Of a DNA stretch of 64,000 nt, positions 49,464-62,160 are shown one piece after another. The DNA comes from Hypanus sabinus. Taxonomy: Eukaryota. How positions within the stretch are numbered: the stretch's first letter is position 1; the number at the start of each line of letters is the position of its first letter. Location: positions 93,372,001 to 93,436,000 of the forward strand of contig NC_082714.1 of the NCBI RefSeq assembly GCF_030144855.1, written 5' to 3'. A program made the translations under genes and the position numbers. The notes beneath the pieces are model-generated. The model saw nothing but the letters and a program-made list of their open reading frames with translations, had not been told where the DNA came from and searched no databases.

Positions 49464-51345
49464 ATGGTTCGGTCGGAATTTTTCGGCGCTCGCTGTCTGC
49501 ATCTCCTGTGGATTCTGCTGGCCCATTTAGCAGGTGAGAGTCGGATTTGTTCACGCACGGTTTATCCCTTAAAATTGGGATTACTGTTGATTTTTATTGC
49601 GCTCCAAGTCACCCATGGTTTTATTGTGTTTTATAGCAGATATCCACGCGGTCTCAGTGCTCAATCAGACCCCAATGGCTGGATCTGTTTCCGCGGGACA
49701 AACAGTCTGCTTAGAGTGTCGGATACAGAACGGTAATGTTGGCAGATACTACATGAACTAGTACCGACAACGTCCAGGGGAGAAACCAAGTTGGGTGTTA
49801 GAACATTACCCAAACAACAATATATACCGAGGGACAGACCGTTTCCAACCGTCCAGAGACACCTCCAGCAACAGTCACATCCTGACCATCAGCCGTTTGG
49901 AGCCCCAGGATTCCGCTGTCTATTACTGTGAAACGTGGGAGAATGGATTGACCTTCGGTCCAGGCACTATCTTGAATACTGTCCATAAAGATTACGTGAT
50001 GACAGTGTATTGAGTTAAACACAGATTAATGCAGAATTAAATGTAACAGCCACACAAGAAGTGCAGTGCAGGTAGATAAGTTGCAAGATCATAAGGAGGT
50101 AGATTGTGAGTTCAATCGTGCATCTTATCCTACCGGAGGACCATTCAATAGTATATTATAGCGCCCCCTCTACGATGTCAAATTAAACCAATCCCTGTTG
50201 TCTACACATACCCCCTATCCCTCCATTCTCATCATACTCATGTCTCCGTCTAACAGATTCTTAAACGTCCCTATCCTATCTTCCTCCTCTTCATGCATCC
50301 ATCACTTTGTTTAAAAAGCAAAAATTCACCGAACTTCTTTAAAAATTTCTCTTCTTGCCTTAGATTTCTGCCCTGGGAAAACATCATGACTGTCGATACT
50401 ATCGCTATCTTACATGCTGTCTTGAATAATGATCACACCTAATTCGGGGAAATGATCGCTAGCACAAGCACGACATCTACCCTTCCCTCTTCATTCACCA
50501 CATCTGTGAACATGTTTGTCGCGAATATTCCATAATTTTTTAGGGTGCAGTAAATCCTGGACCACAGGGCAGAATGTTCACCACTTCAAGCTAACGCAAT
50601 TCGCAGTTTCTCATGAAGAATCGCGTCATTATGAGTTTCGGAAACACAGGAGAAAAACATCATATGGAAAATAATACACACAAGGGAAATTTGTAGGGCA
50701 GACAACAGACTGGTTGCAGAGCCGAGTGGCAACAGGCGGATTAGTACGGGTTTGGAATGCAGTCTGGTTCTGAACGAGACCTTTTGCATTTTCCCACTTC
50801 TCACCTGTTCACAGACCAGCTCTTTTATCCGTCATTTATTCTTCAGCCACAGGGTCCCGAGTCTTAGATATTCACTGAGCTTTCCCGACGCGGGACATCC
50901 GAAGGAGCCTTCGTTCTATTAACAAATGAAGATGCAATATTCTCAGTTATTGTCCTAAGAGTTCAAGGTTTGGGATTATTGGAAAACAAGAAGGAACTGG
51001 TCGCAATAGTCGGATCAATCATATGGGAACGGTGTGGGGATTTAGCGAAGACGTTAAGTAGTGTTGAAGTTATCTTATAACACAATGCAGTGCCGAGAGC
51101 AGAGTGGATTCAAAAATATTTTTAGAAATAAATCATGTCACGTCCAAGCCACGAAAGGCTGCGAATAATCCCTGCAACTCTTCACTCAAAGGCTTATACC
51201 CGGGGGCTCAAATGTGCCCGTGTCAATGCCTGTGTTTTTTTCGTGCTGGTGTTTCTATCTTTACACAGTCCATGAAATAATATTGCCTATATTCCCCTCC
51301 TTCTCTCTCACACAGGTAGTGAATCCAGGGAGCCCTCAGTTCTCA
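49464..51345 (+). pseudogene. Ig light-chain cluster 2, same type: leader 49464-49533, germline-joined VJ 49640-~49977, C remnant 51316-~51345
   Basis: VJ reads DIHAVSVLNQTPMAGSVSAGQTVCLECRIQNGNVGRYYMN*YRQRPGEKPSWVLEHYPNNNIYRGTDRFQPSRDTSSNSHILTISRLEPQDSAVYYCETWENGLTFGPGTILN. The conserved Trp is TAG (49759-49761), no consensus donor follows J, and the C exon gives only SESREPSVL before jumping to the 3' UTR. Confidence 0.9.
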
Positions 51346-52149
51346 GTTCCGGCTGGCAGCATATGCGGATTGTTCGTTCTTGTTTAATGCAGTGAAACAA
51401 TGATTGGGTCTGTGCTGCAGCCGATTGCAATGTAATTGTGTAATAATGTTCGCTTATGGAAACAATCAGAATGTTTAATAATTTCAGGACAGTTGGCAAT
51501 AATAATCCATTTTTTGCGAAGGATAATTCGGTGTAGAAATGTTCCCCAGTGTGCTGTGACTGAACTACCGCTGTGTGTCGACTCAGGAGCGATCTTCCGC
51601 GCAGTGATTTGAACTTATGTAACACAACTCTAAGTAAAAGAGAAACTAGCGGTTTATTTATCGTGTCTTGTCTTTACTCAGCTGCTGGCCGTAGGTTAGG
51701 GGGAATAGTCGCGGATAACGTACCGTCGAGGAGCCTCAATCAGAATTACAGTTAAATCGACACCGATATCTTATTCAGCTTTTAGCTCTCAGTGTCCTGA
51801 GCGTGCTTTGTCCGTCGGTACCCACCGCCCACCACCCCCTTCCCCCGGCCCCGCCATCACAGGAACCTTCTATTCCCCGTCGTCCTGCACTTTTGCTCTT
51901 CATTTCCAACCATCCCTGTGGGAGTGAGATCAACATTCTCACTGCCTTTTGGCCAAATCTTCCCACCATTGGGAGTGTGACACTGTAGGGATGTTTTCCT
52001 GTGACTTGAACATTCTCTCTATTGATTCCGTTAGTTCTTGAATGACGGCCATCGGCTTCACTTCCCGCCCTGACACCGCCGTCACTACCCACCACACCCA
52101 CACCCACACATTAGCTTCTGTAACTCATGGTTATCACTTTTTCCTTTGT

Positions 52150-54725
52150 ACTAATAATGACACTCACCGCTGCTCCGTGACGCTCACGGACCTCAGGCAT
52201 ACTGCTAGAGTCATCCACAGTGAAGACAAATGAAACGTACCCATGAAGATCATCTTCCATTTCTTTGTTCCCGCTTACTACATAACTAGCATCGTATACC
52301 AGTGGTCCAATATAACTGTCACCTCCTATTTACTCTTTATGTAGCTGAAATATTTTGATATCCTGCTATATATTAACGGCATATCTGCCCTCATATTTCA
52401 TCCTTTCTCTTCTTGTAGGCGTTTAGTTACCTTTTGTTGGATTTAAAAGCTTTCCAATCATCCAAATTCCCACATACATTCACTATCTTATGTGCCCTTT
52501 CCTTGGATTTTAGGCAGTCCGTAATTTCCTTTGTCAGCCACCGCTGCCATTTGAGAACTACGACCTCTGTGAGAGATATCTATCCCGCGACTTGTGAACT
52601 TGTCCCAGAAAATACTGCTAACTCTGCTCTGCCATCATCCCCGCCAGTATCCTTATTCAATCCACATCGGCAGGCTCCTCTCTCAGATCTCTGTAATTCC
52701 CTTTATTCCATTGCAATACTGTTACTTGTGAGTTACACTTCTCTCTTTCGAATTGCAGTACGATTTCAATAAGATGATCACTGCTTTCTGAGTGTTCCGT
52801 GACGTAATGCTCCTTAATAGGATCTGGGTTATTATACAACACCAATTCTAAGATGGCCTATCGGCGATTAGGCTTAATCACAAGTTGCTTTCGAAAAGCT
52901 ATCTCTTCGACAACAACAAATTCCTTGTCTTGCCATGCGACATCAACGTGACTTTTCCAATCTCCATGCATATTGAAGTTTCCCATTATAATTGTTGCAT
53001 TAATCTAAATACATGTCTTTAGCAGATCTCTTTGCAATCTCTATCCCATATCTTGGCAAATATTAGGAGTCGTATGTATGATTCCCAGAATACCTATGCA
53101 TGATTCCTATCATGTTATCTTTTACCCTTGCAATTTCTTAACGTCACCCACAAAGATTCAACATTCTCTGACTCATTGTCAACTCTTTCTAAAGACGTCA
53201 TACCATCCCTTACCAACAGAATCCAACCATCCCCTCATGTCTGTCCCTTCAATACAATTTATATATCTCGATGTTAAACTCACAGCTCTGGCCTTCTTTA
53301 AAACACGACTCATTGATGCCTACAAAGTTATACCAACAAATCTCTAATTGCGCCACGAGTTCGTCCACTCCGTTCCGAATGTTACGCGCATTGAAACACA
53401 TCACCTTCATTCCTGCATTTTTGCCCTTTTGTATTTTGCTTTTGTACCATTTAACACTTTGCTCTGTTTGCATTTGAACCCGATCAATGGCTTGTTATTC
53501 ATTACATTCTTGTTACACCCATCATCTAATTGAGAACCTGCTGGCTCATCTTCAGCTCCACCATACTGTTTCCTACCCCCCCCCCCCCCCCCGCCGTATT
53601 AGTTTAAACCACTTCCAACAGCTCTAATAAATCTATCAGAAAGAATATTGGTCCCCATGGGATTCAAATGCAATTCGTCTCTTTTGTACAGCTCTCACCT
53701 GCACAGAGGAAGTCCTAATTATCCAGAAATCTAAATCCCTGCCCCCTGCTCGTATTCTTCAGCCACGCATTTATCTGCCACCACCTGATTTTATTCCTGT
53801 TCTCACCGTCGCGTGGCCCAGTCAGCGATGCCGTGATTACTACCTTTAGAGCAATGCTTCTCAGGTTCGTTCTTAACTCACTGTATTCTGCTCTCATGAC
53901 CTTCTCCCTTTTTATTCCCATTTCAGTGGTACGAATATCGAAGCATCGAAACATAGAAAATCTACAGGACAATACAGGAATTTCGGCTTTCGATGCCGTA
54001 CGGAGCAAGTACTTAGTTTGGAACTTATCTAGGGTTACCCATAGCCCTCTATTTTTCCAAGCTCTATATACCTGTCCAGGAGTCCCTTAAAAGTTCCTGT
54101 CATATCCTACTCCATCACAGTCGCCGGCAGCCCATTCCATGCCCTCACCACTCTCTGTGTAAAAAAAAACTTGCCCTGACATCTCCTTTGTAGCTACTTC
54201 CAAGCACCTTAAGACCGTGCCCACTCGTGTTCGCCATTTCAGCCCTGGGGAAAAGCCGCGGAGTATCCACACGATCAATGCCTCTCCTTATCTCTTACAC
54301 CTCTATAAAGCACCTCTCATCCTCCGTCGGTCCAAGGGCAAAAGGGCTAGTTCGCTCAACCAATTCTCGTATGTCGTGCTCCCCAATCCAGACAACATCC
54401 TTGTAAATCTCACCTGCACCCTTTCTATAGTTTCCACGTACTTTCTGTAGTGAGGTGACCAGAACTGAGCACAGTACTCCAAGTGGGGTCAGACCATGGT
54501 ACTATAAAGATGTAACATTACCTCACGACTCTTAAACTCAATCTCACGGTTGATGTATGCCTTCCTGACCAAACAGTCAACCTGCGCAGCAGCTTTGAGT
54601 GTCCTAAGGACACGGGCCCCAAGAGCCTTCTGATCCTCCACACTGCCAAGAGTCTTACAATTAATACTACATTCTGCCCTCTGGCCTACGAAAGTGAACC
54701 ACCTCACACAATCTGGTTCGAACTC
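52150..54725 (-). mobile_element. CR1 LINE fragments (ORF1 esterase remnant, endonuclease, RT 3' end)
   Basis: WWQINAWLKN...GFRFLD; VMCFNARNIRNGVDEL; LGARVLRTLKAAAQVD. Confidence 0.8.
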
Positions 54726-55049
54726 TATCTGCCTCTTCTGTAATTTATTTTTTTATTGAAGGAATGCCACAATACAAAATACGTAATGCATTACATTTTC
54801 CTCCATTTTGTTTTTATATCTTACCACTAAATAAAACTCCCTTCACCCGCACTCCACGATCATACCTTAGCAGCGAATGTACTTACATTGCAACACTTCC
54901 TAAATACAACTACGGACATTTCACGTCCCTATTCTCCTGACTTTACCGGAAACCACTGACGCTCTTGCTAATCGAGAAACCATCAATCTCTGCTTTCAAT
55001 GTATGACTTTTAAACTCAGCTGGCTCCATCATGGCCAACACTCTCCTCA

Positions 55050-55385
55050 GTATCCATGACACCTTCAAAAGCCCATGCTTCAGAAAGGGGCATCTATCAT
55101 TATAGCCCCATCACTCAGGACATGCCCTCGACGCATTGTTTCAAGATGGAACTATAAGAGTCTGAAAAGTTTTAGGATCAGCTTCTTCCCGTCCGCTATC
55201 AGATATCGGAATGGATAATTAACCCATGAATGCTACCTCACGATTTCCCTCTCTTTTTGCACAGACAGACAGCCAGACACATACATCAACATCTTATTGT
55301 AATTTATAGTTTTGATTATTGCGCATTGTTATATATTGCTACAGCAAAACAGCAAGTTTCACACCAAATACCTGAATCTGATAAT
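55050..55385 (+). mobile_element. Rex1/Babar LINE 3' end
   Basis: catcactcaggacatgccctc...gtttaggatcagcttcttccc, ending gaatctgataat. Confidence 0.6.
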
Positions 55386-55849
55386 ACGTTGAGTTTTTGT
55401 ACGATCTGCTGAGTATTTAGGTCACGCAGGCCAACAAGTGCAGATTGGAATTGATGTTAAATTACTTTCAATTGGAATTCGTTCCTATGTCCTTCAGACA
55501 GCCTGCATCTCCAACTCTGTCATGTGCTTTCAACTGGCCTGGTGGCGACCCGCGTGTTCATTGCTGTTGGGGCGACCACTGTGGCCATTGGGAAGTATCG
55601 GAAGGAACGCAAGCCAGGTAACGTGCTGGCCTTAACCCAATCATGACCTGAACCTCTCGCCAAACGGTGAATAATTTCTATGAAGAATAACACACTTCTA
55701 AACATCTCTTTCAATCAGCAAAAGGAGAACCGGCAGGCAAAAGTACCACCACCCGGGGAAAGGATCGAGAATGTGATATAAGTAGACTCAACTTCAGGTT
55801 AATGCGCTGTCCCGGCGTTTTCAGGCACACCGGTTTCTGGAGCTAAAAG

Positions 55850-56105
55850 AGTCTGGTGCAAAAAACATGAAAACAAGCAACATCCAGAGAGTGGCAGTGA
55901 TGTGGAAGAAAACGACTTGTTCATGAGAGAGATCAGAGGAGAATGGGCAGACTGTTTCAAGATGATAGGAAGATGAAAGTAACTTAAATTAGCACGTGTT
56001 ACAACAGTGGTGTCGGAAAAGCATCTCGGAGCGAACATTGCGCCGAACTACGAAGAGAATGGGCTACAACAGCAGAACACCACACCGTGTTCCACTCCTG
56101 TATCC
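55850..56105 (+). mobile_element. Tc1-like transposase fragment
   Basis: Degenerate ERDQRRMGRL...RK...ITRYNSG...SISE...RRTT..RMGYNSR...RVPLL. Confidence 0.7.
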
Positions 56106-56239
56106 AATGATGCCATTTACAAGCAGGAAATTGCTTTGCACTTAGAATAGTACAATATGGGAACTGGTCCTTCAGCCTACGACATTCAATTGAGCTAATT
56201 GAATTAGTAATCAAATACCCAACTACGCTAAATACTTCT

Positions 56240-57180
56240 GCTTGAAGAATATCCATGTCCTTAAATTTCCTGCACATCTATGTACATACCGTAAAGCCTC
56301 TAGAACGACTCTATCACATTTACCTCCACCAACATTTGGGCAGCGAATTCCGGGCTCCTCCCACTCCCTGTGTTAAAAAAGGAACCCTCACATCTCCTGT
56401 GAACTTACCCCGGTTTACCTTAAGCGTTTGCCTCGTTTCAACAATGTGGAAAAGCGATACTGGCTACCTTTCCAATCCGGGTCTCTCATAGTATGTAAAT
56501 CTCTGTCAAATAGCCCCTCAGTCTCAGAGGTTCCAAGGAAAACAACCCATGTTTGCTCAAGTTCAAGTTCAAGTTAAGTTTATTGTCATTCAGCCGTACA
56601 CATGTATATCGCCAAACGAAACAACGTTCCTCCGGACCAAGTTGCACAACAAAGTACATATAAATTGCACACCACACAGAAAACCATATAACCATAGTAA
56701 CCAAAAATAAATTAACAATTAATACGATGCGTACAGCACAAGTCAAAGGTAAACAGTAGAATGCTATTGGCACTTCATAGGTGCTGAGACTGGGTGGTGG
56801 CAGGGAGCTTAGCATTCTTATAGCTTGTGAGATGAAGCTGTTTCCCACACTAAAAGTCTTGTTTTAATGTTCCGGTACTGCCAGACTGATAGTAGGGGAT
56901 AATAAAGATTGTTAGAGGAATGGGAGCGATTATTGACAATGCTAAGCATTCGTAAGCAGGGCCAGACTCTCCTTATATCAGATGCTCTCAATTCCAGACA
57001 ACATCCCAGAAAACTTCTTCTGCATTTTTTCCCAAAGCTGGTCAAAATTGAATGCAATGCTATCTGGAAATCTAACCGCGGGATCTATTAAGCTCCAACA
57101 TAACTTCCCGACTCTGGAACACATTTCCTTGACAGATAAAGAAAAAAATGCCATGTGCCTTCTGACCACACTAACAAGCT
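56240..57180 (-). mobile_element. CR1 3' fragment (~56240-56550) and Rex1/Babar 3' fragment (~56560-57180)
   Basis: Reverse LINE 3' sequences with an ttcaag-type tail near 56560. Confidence 0.6.
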
Positions 57181-57439
57181 GTGTCGTCAGCTCCATATTC
57201 CCTCTGTACGTCACGGGTGTTAAGGCACCAGGCGCTAACAGCGTACTGTGGCGACCCACATCCCAGCGCACTCGAACCGGCTCACAAAGTGACGCGCGCT
57301 GGCATTGAGGCCGGTCCCCAAAAGGACGCCAAGTCTGCTTCACCAGCAAGGGTAAAAGCCCGCGCGCGGGACGGGAATGTGAATATGCGCCCCCTGCAGC
57401 ATTCCCACCCGGGGAGGGCGGGAACAGGAAGGCTTTAAA

Positions 57440-58900
57440 GCCAGGCTGCGAAATTTATCCATTTATATTGCAGCATGTCTCCCTTGGTGGGATTAAACTC
57501 CTCTGTCATTCGCCCGTACCAGCAACTGATCTGTATCCTTTGGTCGCCTTCTACTCTGTCCACAACTTTGGTATCATCTGCAAAATTAATAACCAACCCA
57601 TTTACATTTTCATCCAGGTCATTTATATATCACATATATATCACGTATGGCAAAGGTCCCAGTACGGATCCCTGCAGGATATAGCCCTTCAACTAGAATA
57701 AGTCCCTTTAACCGGTACCCGCTGTCTTCTATGGGCAAGCCTGTTCTGAATCCAAACGGCAAATTCACCACAGAGCCCATGCATCTTAATTTACGATTGA
57801 GCCTTCTGTATTGAACCTTGTTAAACGCCTTACTACAATCCACGTAGACAACATCCATAGCTCTCCCTACAACAAACACCATTGTCACTTCGTCAAAAGT
57901 CTTAATCAAGCCTGGAAGATACGAAGTCCTCCGCACAAAGACAAGTTTTCCAAACGCTCAGAAATCCGATCGTTAAAAAAATTATTTCTAGTAACTTCCT
58001 TACCACTGATGCGAGACTCTCCGGTCTGTAATGTTCAAGATTATCCCAATTTCCTTTCAACAGTGATGGAAAATTAGCTGCGTACACATTCTCCGAGACC
58101 TCGTCTGTGGCTATAGAGGACACTGAGATACAGGTCAATCCTCCAGCAATCTCATCTCTTGCCCCTCTTAATAACCCGGCGTATATCCTATCAAAGCACC
58201 CAATTAATGTTTTTTAAGAGGCACAGTAATACCTCATTCTTTATTTCATAGTGCAGCATAAAATTCCTACCCTCCACACTGATTGCGCCACATTCTACAT
58301 CTTTTTTCTTGATGTTAAACACTGAACCACAACCTTCAAATCGAAGCACATGTTCCTTCATTTGTCATTCCATGTCCTACCCGCTCCCAGTCGTCGTCTT
58401 GCTCTTATTGTATGTATAGAACCTGGGGGATTCTCACTAATCCGACTTTCCAATGACTTTTCATTGTCTTTTCGGACCTTCCTCACCGCTTCGAGTTTAG
58501 TTTCCAGCTTCTCTGTAGTTCTTAAGGACTCATTGATTTTTTTAGCTTTGCCAAGTTTTTGTTTGCAAGCAAAAGATTCCCTTTCCTTTTGGACCAATAT
58601 CGTTGCCTGACTCCATACTTGCACCTGAACTGCTGCTCACAGTTTTCGTCCCCTAGTTTCTTTCAAATATTCTGCAAATTTACTCTGCTCGAATTTAATG
58701 ATATTTATAATATATGTTCTCCCAGTGAAAAAATAGTCACTAAGTCAGCTCATTATCACACTCCAGTTCAGTTTTGCCCCATCCTCTTACTGGAACATCT
58801 GCACATTGATATAGAAACTATTTAGAATTCACTAAAAAAATGTTGCACTGTTTAAATCTCCTGCTTCAAGGAGATCGCACTTGATCTGAGGGAAGTTGAA
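57440..58900 (-). mobile_element. CR1 LINE RT fragments
   Basis: DNLEHYRPESLASVVRKLLE; DEVT...VDVVYVDCSKAFNKV. Confidence 0.8.
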
Positions 58901-59039
58901 GTTACCCGGAACAATCTTATTGTTTTTACACCTTTGTGTAGGATTCAACGACTTAAAACAAATTACAAATACGACAATAGACAGAATTTAACACAAAACC
59001 ATACACGTTCATGTGACTTGTAGCTGGTCTCTTCCGGTC

Positions 59040-61200
59040 GGCGGCAGGACTTCAAAGGAGGAGCGGTCGGCTTTCCAGACCCGCAGCAGTGAGCGTAGAC
59101 ACTGGTGGCGTTAGTCCGCAACATCGGAGTGCGGAGATCTTGGGAAGTCGTGGAGTTGCGGAAGAAGAGAAAGAATACAACAGGAAATGGAATTGGACAG
59201 GGTATTTGAGGAGATTTCAGTTGCAGGAAAACAGCTTAAAAAGAGGATTACATATCGGCGAGGAGATAAAGGTTGGAGTGTGCTGCATTGATAAAGGGGT
59301 TTAGGATTTGGACGAATTATACAGATAGTGAAATGACTAGAAGGGTTACACAGATAGCGGGTTTTGGAGCTGGAGGGGTCACACAGAGGGGTAAACGGGT
59401 TGGAGGGGTTACGCGAAAAGAGTGCCGAGCAGTTGCCTAAACAGTTACACAGAGAGCAGTGCAGAGACTGAAGAGAGTTGCATAGATAGGGAAGGGCATT
59501 GATGATGGTGGCGTTAGATGGGGAGGGAGATAGAGACGATGTAAGGCCGACAGATTCTGTATTTAAGGGACAGCAAGAAGTCCACGGGCTGTAGAATATC
59601 TGAGATATATTAGGTCCAGGACTGGACAAGATTACACAGAACAGGGACCGAAGAACCATATCGAAATCCGAAGGCTATCACAGGGGCAGGTTCAGCGACC
59701 GAAAGAGAGGGCCCTGCATTTTGTTGTTGGCTTTAATCAGGGAAATTAAAGGTGAATGACACACTTTGCTCCATAATATAACATCCCTTTTATCTGGAAT
59801 TAACGCGTGATTTTACCCGATACACGCAAAATGGCGGGAAATGGTGCAGGGTGGGTGTGTTACGGTAACCAATCACATGCCACTCCCTTACAGATCTACG
59901 CCCAGCTGGCTATTGGTACTAACTGATCTGGAAAGGAGAGTGAATATTGTCCTCCGTGAACAAGGACAGATTCAGACCATGTTTCGTATGTGCGGAGCAA
60001 GAACAGCAATTGAGTAGATTGATAACATGTTTTTAAAGAGTCGTGTTAGTGACGGCACAAGCTGAGCAACATACAGTGTGGAAGACAAACCGGACCCGCC
60101 GATGCGAAGGAAGGCCCACGCGTAGGAGGCCCAATTGATTCACGGCGCCATCGATCGGCCGCATGAGCACTTGTCATATTCCCGGATCTCTCCATCCAAA
60201 GCTTCGCTCAAATTCTCAGACCAACCGGAAATAACGAGCATCAGTTAATCTGTAGTTCCATCCCTGGTTATGTACAGCTTGTTAGGATTAAAACTAACCA
60301 TTTTCCTAACTACTGCTCCAATAAATTATAATTTTGCAACGAATGCTGATTTCCTTTCTTGATCATCTAAACGTCCAATTGGTGGCGACCCACTGCCAAT
60401 TGTCCAAATGTTGATTGCGCAATCACCACTGTAGGCATGGATCCCGAATACTCACTCCAGATTATGAGACGTTCCCAGTGATGGTATAGGATGAGACTCA
60501 GACTGACAGGAGGTGAAGAAGATTATAGAGTTAAATGCGTGGCTCAAGGATTGGTCTGGGTGAAGTACGTTTGAATTCGTGGGAAGTTGGCACCAGTATT
60601 GGGCAAGGAGGGCGCTGTACCAATGGGTCAGATTGCACTAAACCGTGATGGGATCTGGATGCTAGCGAATCGCATAACTAGGACTATGGATAGGTCTTTA
60701 AACTAAATAGTTAGGCGTGTGTTCAACACATTGGGGAATTAAAAGAGAAAAGTGAGGATAAAGATAAGAAAGCAAAAAAAAAAAATACATGAAAGGAAAA
60801 TGTAAGTTTGGTGTGAAGAAAACAGAAGTGCAAAAGAGTAAATGATTAGAAGATTTTAAAAGCACCATGAGTGTAAAGGCAGTTGACTTGAATGCCCATA
60901 GTATTCGTAACAAGATCAGTAAGCTTGTGGCACAAATCAGTACAGAGCGGTATAATTTAATGGCCATTACAGAAGCGCGGTTACAGGGTGCAGAGGATTG
61001 GGAATTAAATATCCAAGGATATCAGGCAATACGGAAGGATAGGCAGGAAGGTAAATGCTTTTAATTAAAGATGAGGTCAGGGCGATAGTGAGAGATGATA
61101 TATAATCTAAGGAGTAGAGTGTTGAATTCATCTAGGTAGAGATTGAGAATAGTAAAGGGAAAGCTCATCACTGGAGGAAGTTGTCCATTGGCCACCGAAA
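59040..61200 (+). mobile_element. CR1 5'/ORF1 remnant (59040-59680) and ORF1-end/endonuclease remnant (60450-61200)
   Basis: IIELNAWLKDW...FEFVG; DLNAHSIRNKISKL...MAITE...DWELNIQGY...RKDR. Confidence 0.65.
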
Positions 61201-61749
61201 AATAACATCACAGTGGCAAATGTGTACAGCACCAGATGGAGCTCAATACACCGACCTTGCCGTCGGGCTCCCTCTAATCACAATCTTCCCACCGGGTGTG
61301 TCCTACGACCGGTTCTCCCAGCGTCTACTCTCTTCATCTGACGCCAACGATAGACACAGCTCACATTCCAAAGCATCCTTTATCTCCAACCATAACCCAA
61401 ACACTGCTTCTAAAGAAAGAGCATTGGGTCAGCAGTGAAACTTTTCCTAGTGTTTTACAAACCTTGAGAACCAACTGTCATTCCATTCCCATGATTATTC
61501 ATGGAGACAGAGCAGTGAAACTGAAAAATTGTGTTTCACAAACAAAACATTAAGCACAGACATGTCCAAAGTGAGCGAAATATGGAAGTGTTTGCGTGGG
61601 AGAAATAAGTGTGTCTACCTTAATTAAAAGAACGGGTAGAGAGTTTCAATGTGATTGATTAACGTTATAGTGAAGATGATGGCTTTGGCATTCAACATAA
61701 AGCGTGAATATAATTCAACACTGTTTTAAAGTTTGGTGGTTGTGGACCC

Positions 61750-62160
61750 AACTCAGTTTTATTGAGGCCTCTGTTTATTATTCCGTACATCAATCTTGTA
61801 TCTCATGGTTATTCCAGTTGCTGTCGCTTTCCTGTCAGCTCTCATCAGTACAGTCATGCTCCTCTGACCTATCTCATTAACAAAGTGTTTTCGTCCACAG
61901 ACCTGTCGTTCACTAGCTTGTTTTTTTTCGCACCATTCTGTGTAAACTTCAGAGAATTTTGAGCCAGAAAAATCCAAGAGATACACAGCTTCCGAGATAC
62001 CCAAACCACCCTGTCTAGCACGCACAATCATGTCAAGTTTAATCCACTTATTCCTCATTTGGATGTTTGGTCTCAAGAATAAGCAAACCTCTTTACCAGA
62101 TCTGAATTCCTCTATGGATTGAGTTGCTGCCGCATGACTTGTTCATTAGGTATTTGCATT
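61750..62160 (-). mobile_element. Tc1-like transposase N-terminal fragment
   Basis: MIVRARQGGLGISEAVYLLDFS...VYTEWCEK...RKHFVNEIGQRSM...RADRKAT. Confidence 0.8.

Larger units (their letters stand above)
47755..52123 (+). repeat. Segmental duplication, copy 2 (IgL cluster unit)
   Basis: Collinear with 22350-26583, with substitutions and indels including an extra segment near 47815-48170. Confidence 0.9.

Noticed and set aside
62152-62159. Isolated ATTTGCAT octamer
   Set aside because: No leader or V exon follows; an 8-mer occurs by chance in 64 kb (another lies inside ERV pol).
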